A stretch of 64,000 nt of DNA, taken from assembly GCF_036365525.1 (NCBI RefSeq), contig NC_090372.1, positions 90,224,873 to 90,288,872 of the forward strand, read 5' to 3'. Positions within the stretch are counted from its first letter, which is position 1. Every line of letters starts with the position of its first letter. Positions 60,374 to 64,000 of this stretch are shown here, in pieces. The notes under the pieces are model-generated. The model was not told where the DNA came from. It worked only from the letters and a program-made list of their open reading frames with translations, and ran no database searches. The position numbers and the translations under genes were made by a program. The stretch is from Heterodontus francisci (lineage: Eukaryota).

Positions 60374-61589
60374 ACACCCAAGATGTTACCAATGAGACGA
60401 TGACAGATGATCAAATATTGGCCAATGTAACAGATCCAAACCCTAAAGAGGTCCAGCAAACTGAAAAAGACGATGGTGCTGACGCTGCCAAAACCAAAGT
60501 CACTGCCATCATCCCATACTGTCATCCATTGAAGAATCGCTGAGATGGTTGGAAGCCAATGAAAAATCAACTGCTGCAAGTGTGACACAACTTCAGAACA
60601 TAGTACATCTAACAGAGGCAGAGGCGAGGAGTAAATGTGAACAGTTAAAAATTACTGACTTCTTCAACTCACACCCATCTGTTCAATATTGATCAATTGT
60701 ACATGTATATTCACTTTTTGTTACCAGAAGAAATTAAATTAAATTTATTTAAATTGATTGTCTTCATTTTGTTTGTTTTATTATTCTGGCTACTGGCTTT
60801 ATGCTTTTGAAAGGACTTTGTTATAATATGGTCTCACCTATAATGCAGCCTCGTGATGTGGACCCCGTGGACCCCAGTATATTCATTGAGAACCATGCCC
60901 ATGCCTTCCTCCTCCACCCAGGTTACCTTTTTGGCCTCTAATAGGCTCTACTCTTTACTGAGTTATCATCTTGTTCTTTATGTATTAATGAAAGATCTAC
61001 GAGTTTTCCTTGATATTAGTTGTTCATTAGTGTGAGACTGGAGGCATGTGCAGGCCAGACTGGTTCAGGACGGTAGGTTTCCTTCTTTAATGGACACTGG
61101 CAAACCAGTTGAGCTTTATACAACAATCCAAAAACTTCATGGTCCCTTTTATTGATGACATCTTTTTATTTACAGATTTTTTGTTAATAAATGCAAGTTG
61201 TTGATATTGTCTTCATCATTGAAATATCATGGAGAAGTGTAGGCCTCCTGCTATCCCAGTGGAAAACCCCAGACAGCACTTCTTGAAAGTAAATCAAGAA
61301 CAAAGCTTCTGCCCTGGTATTTGGCCCCTGTCCCAATGGCACATTCAATGGACTTCAGCTCCCTGATATTATACCTGGCAGTCATGAGCTGGCCTCGATG
61401 AAATCATCTCTGTCACTGAATAAAAGTAATTGTTTTAAAAAGGGCTGATTCCTGTATCCAATCATGTGTGGGCAGGAGAGAAGATAGAGATATGGGGAAA
61501 ATATTCATTCAGGCCCCTTTTCGGACACAAGGCTTGTGACGCACGATCACCCCACGTCCGGTCCTGTTGAGACAGGCAGCATGCAAATG

Positions 61590-61860
61590 TCAAGAGGGCT
61601 CCCAGGTTTCCGATGTGGCATTGGTTCAGGAGGTAGAAAACAGGAGAGACACCGTGGCCTGATCTTAATTCTGCATAAGCAAATGAGTGTTGAATAAGTT
61701 AAAATGTCACCTCATGTTTTCACTTGGGGCCAGGAGGCCCACAAGGCACACCCTGAGAGGGGAATGGGAGCACGTGGACAGAGAGATCAATTCCCGGAGT
61801 CTGGCCCCAAGGATCTTGCAGCAGTATCAGAAGTTCAATCATCTCATACAGGTGGTCAAT
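61590..61860 (+). pseudogene. Harbinger Myb/SANT-like remnant (second family)
   Basis: RAPRF..LVQEVENRRD; RRPTRHTLRGEWEHVDREINSRSLAPR..Q..KFNHL. Confidence 0.6.
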
Positions 61861-61869
61861 GTCGGTGGA

Positions 61870-62345
61870 TGCATCTTTTAAAGCCAACATTTCTGTTGCT
61901 GCATGGCTGTCGTTATGGGCGTCCTGTCCACATATGATTAGGCACAGGTATGACAGGATATCCCTTGTCACCCAGCAGCCAACCTCTGGCTCTTCGTTGT
62001 GGGCCAAAAATGGCAGGTATGGCTGACTGCCTTTGGATAAGGCATCGTGGCTGCTGGTGGGATAGAGGGCATTCACCAGGAGGATCTTCTGGTTATGGTC
62101 ACACACCAACTGGACATTGATAGAGTGGTAGTCCTTGCAGTTATGGAACACACACACCCACCCCCGTTAACATATGGTGCCCGCAGAGCCACATATGCAT
62201 CTTGCACCATTGGGAATCCCGCCAGCCTGGCAAGTCCACGTGCTGTCTGCTCCTGTTTCTCTCTAGTCAGTGTGAAAACAATGAAATCTCTTTGCTTATA
62301 TATATATGGCCATTGTCACTGATGGATGGCAAACTGTGAGATGCT
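61870..62345 (-). pseudogene. Harbinger transposase remnant
   Basis: ISQFAIH, ARGLARLAGFPMVQ, KDYHSINVQLVCDH, YPTSSHDA. Confidence 0.75.
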
Positions 62346-62425
62346 GCTGATCTCTATTTTTCAGTTCGGTGCTCCTGTAGCATTGGCACCAGCGATGCCA
62401 AGGTGCCCAATTTCGCAAACATATA

Positions 62426-64000
62426 GGGCTGAATTTAGTGTTCCCGTCGTGGGTCTTGGCGGCGGTCCTGGAAGTGGATGCCGTCGCCGCTCGTGATAAA
62501 TGCGGCTAGCCGACCGCAATTATGCAGCAGGTGGCTACTTACCATAATGGAGACACATAGGACTTCCAATTACATGATGGAGGTGGGCTTCAAGCTGCTG
62601 ATTGTGGCGTCAGATGACTCCAGTGCAGGTGCTGGCGCTGCTTGCATTGCTGCCTTTGAGAGAGTTGCTGATTCTGGTTTTCTACTGGACACGGTGGTTT
62701 AACTCCTGGATCACCCCACTCCGGAGAAGGACACCACACTATGGCAGAGGCCCCACAGTTTAGTGATGCATCCCTAGAGATTGTCCACCAGACTGCAAGG
62801 GAAAGGCAGGTGGTTCTCTTTCCAAATGATGGCAAGAAGAGGCCCTCCCGCCTGACCAAGTAAGCCTGGATGGAGATCACTGAGGAGGTCAGCAGCCATG
62901 GGATCACCCACCGAGCATGGGTACAGTGCAGAAAGAGAGTCAATGACCTTCTTCAGTCTGCTAAGGTGAATGCTCCATAGGTCTCCTGTTTGGGGCTTGC
63001 ATGCGGCTACATGGGAGACAGCGAGACATGGGGACGGAGGCACCACAAAGGCACTGGCTAAAGGGGTAAGCATCCCCACATCCTGCCAGATGCAGGGCTG
63101 CATCTCGGCAACAGGTCACCTTCTTTCATAGCTCACCCCCATTACTTCCCCTGAGAGCAGCCATGGGGAGGAGCCATGTAGGAAACCCCAGCAGGGGCTG
63201 AGGGGCTTCCACCAGCAGAACTGTTCTCGCGCTCATCCTGGCAAGTCTTACTGTGTCCCTCTTTCCACTTGTGGGACAAATGGGCCAATAACAACAGGGA
63301 GACCTTGTGGTCTGGCAGAGAAATAGCCAATATCCAGCCTCTTTCCATGGCTGATGAGGAGACACTGGAGGTAGCGGGGGCCCAGGGCAGCCACTCAATA
63401 GCAGATGGTGAGACTCCGCCCAAGCATGAGGATTGTCTCATTCAAATTCCAACACATTTTTGGAGATTCACGCATGGTTGGCAGGACAAGATCTGCACAG
63501 CTTAACCCGCACATGTTGTCATGCAGGTCATTGTCCACAGGAGGCTCTAGCTGAAGTGGGACAGTTGTCAAGCTCTGAGGAGGAGGAGTCAGAGGATGCA
63601 CCATCACATAACGTTCTTGCACCTTCCACCAGCACCGATACTTTCACCTCAGTGGGTTTCCACTCGGCTTTAGAATAAGGGTCACAAGCTGGGTAAGAGC
63701 ACCGCACACGCATCCGAGCAGCTAGCTGTGGCTGTGACAGCCGAGGCCTCTGACAGTCAGATGACTGTACATGGCCAGGCCCATGCTGAGCCCCAGGCTG
63801 ATGACGAACCTCTGGGGTTGACAGCACAGGGCATGCTGGAGTTTCAGAGAGAGGTACAATTTATCACACCTTGCACCCGGGGAAATCCAGCAATGACCTT
63901 GAAGCCAATGGCCCTCTTGGCCTGACTGTCAGGGTCAGTCTGGTAGCTCTAATTGTTGCCAGCCCCCTTGAACAGGGCATTGGTGACCTCCTAATGTAGC
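62426..64000 (+). mobile_element. Left part of a Harbinger element (runs off the window)
   Basis: TIR GGGCTGAATTTA at 62426 followed by a Myb-like gene remnant. Confidence 0.7.
62741..62965 (+). pseudogene. Harbinger Myb/SANT-like exon 1 with a premature stop
   Basis: MAEAPQFSDASLEIVHQTARERQVVLFPNDGKKRPSRLTK*AWMEITEEVSSHGITHRAWVQCRKRVNDLLQSAK, then GTGAAT donor. TAA at 62861-62863. Confidence 0.8.

Larger units (their letters stand above)
58465..60692 (+). pseudogene. Tigger/Jerky-like transposase (HTH-psq, CENP-B HTH, DDE_1), disrupted
   Basis: RKRKSYTIAKKLKII, FGASQGWLARFK, IYNCDKMALYYK, RLTALLCSN, ILLLDSCPA, QPLNQGII, C-terminal QLKITDFF. Confidence 0.9.
58222..60879 (+). mobile_element. 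pogo/Tigger (Tc1-mariner superfamily) DNA transposon
   Basis: TA TSD (58220-58221, 60880-60881). Degenerate TIRs CACTGGGTCC / GGACCCCAGTA. Removal restores the CR1 host AAAGTATTCATT. Confidence 0.85.
56912..61010 (-). mobile_element. Old CR1 fragment split by three insertions
   Basis: ORF 56959-57231 (KVDKSP..IYPRLLREAREEIAE). Host pieces at 57351-57420, 58179-58221 and 60880-61010 rejoin across the TSDs. Confidence 0.8.

Noticed and set aside
58465-60692. Domesticated TIGD/JRKL host gene
   Set aside because: Multiple stops and frameshifts, two insertions, and retained TIRs with a TA TSD indicate a dead transposon.
1-64000. Prokaryotic systems (CRISPR, retron, operons) suggested by RT-rich content
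   Set aside because: All RTs are eukaryotic LINE or LTR types. There are no repeat-spacer arrays or operon-like gene density.

Overview
Eukaryotic, repeat-dominated genomic DNA, most likely from a shark or other elasmobranch (inferred from the HE1-type SINE with a CR1-derived tail and the shark-type LINE mix). No host gene can be confidently called. The window is a nest of transposable elements: CR1 LINEs of several subfamilies (one with an uninterrupted 960-aa endonuclease/RT ORF2 at 1169-4051), Zenon-like and L2-like LINE remnants, five HE1-type SINEs, a decayed two-LTR Ty3/Gypsy element (19057-25398), six solo-LTR-like elements (about 0.9-1.06 kb when complete), many PIF/Harbinger remnants (HARBI1-like transposase, Myb/SANT partner, MITEs), a TA-flanked pogo/Tigger transposon (58222-60879) and five Penelope-type fragments, four showing a minimal hammerhead-ribozyme core. 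Most notable: (1) a conserved tandem slippery site G_GGT_TTA_AAC at the ORF1/ORF2 junction of three divergent CR1 copies, in the register for -1 ribosomal frameshifting; (2) a 100-bp target-site-like duplication around the Gypsy element, paired with a truncated LTR end; (3) a 215-bp inverted repeat with only 2 mismatches, plus two older ones; (4) a ~100-bp hammerhead-containing insert with its own TSD. Boundaries and identities were read by eye; family names rest on motif recognition, not database searches.
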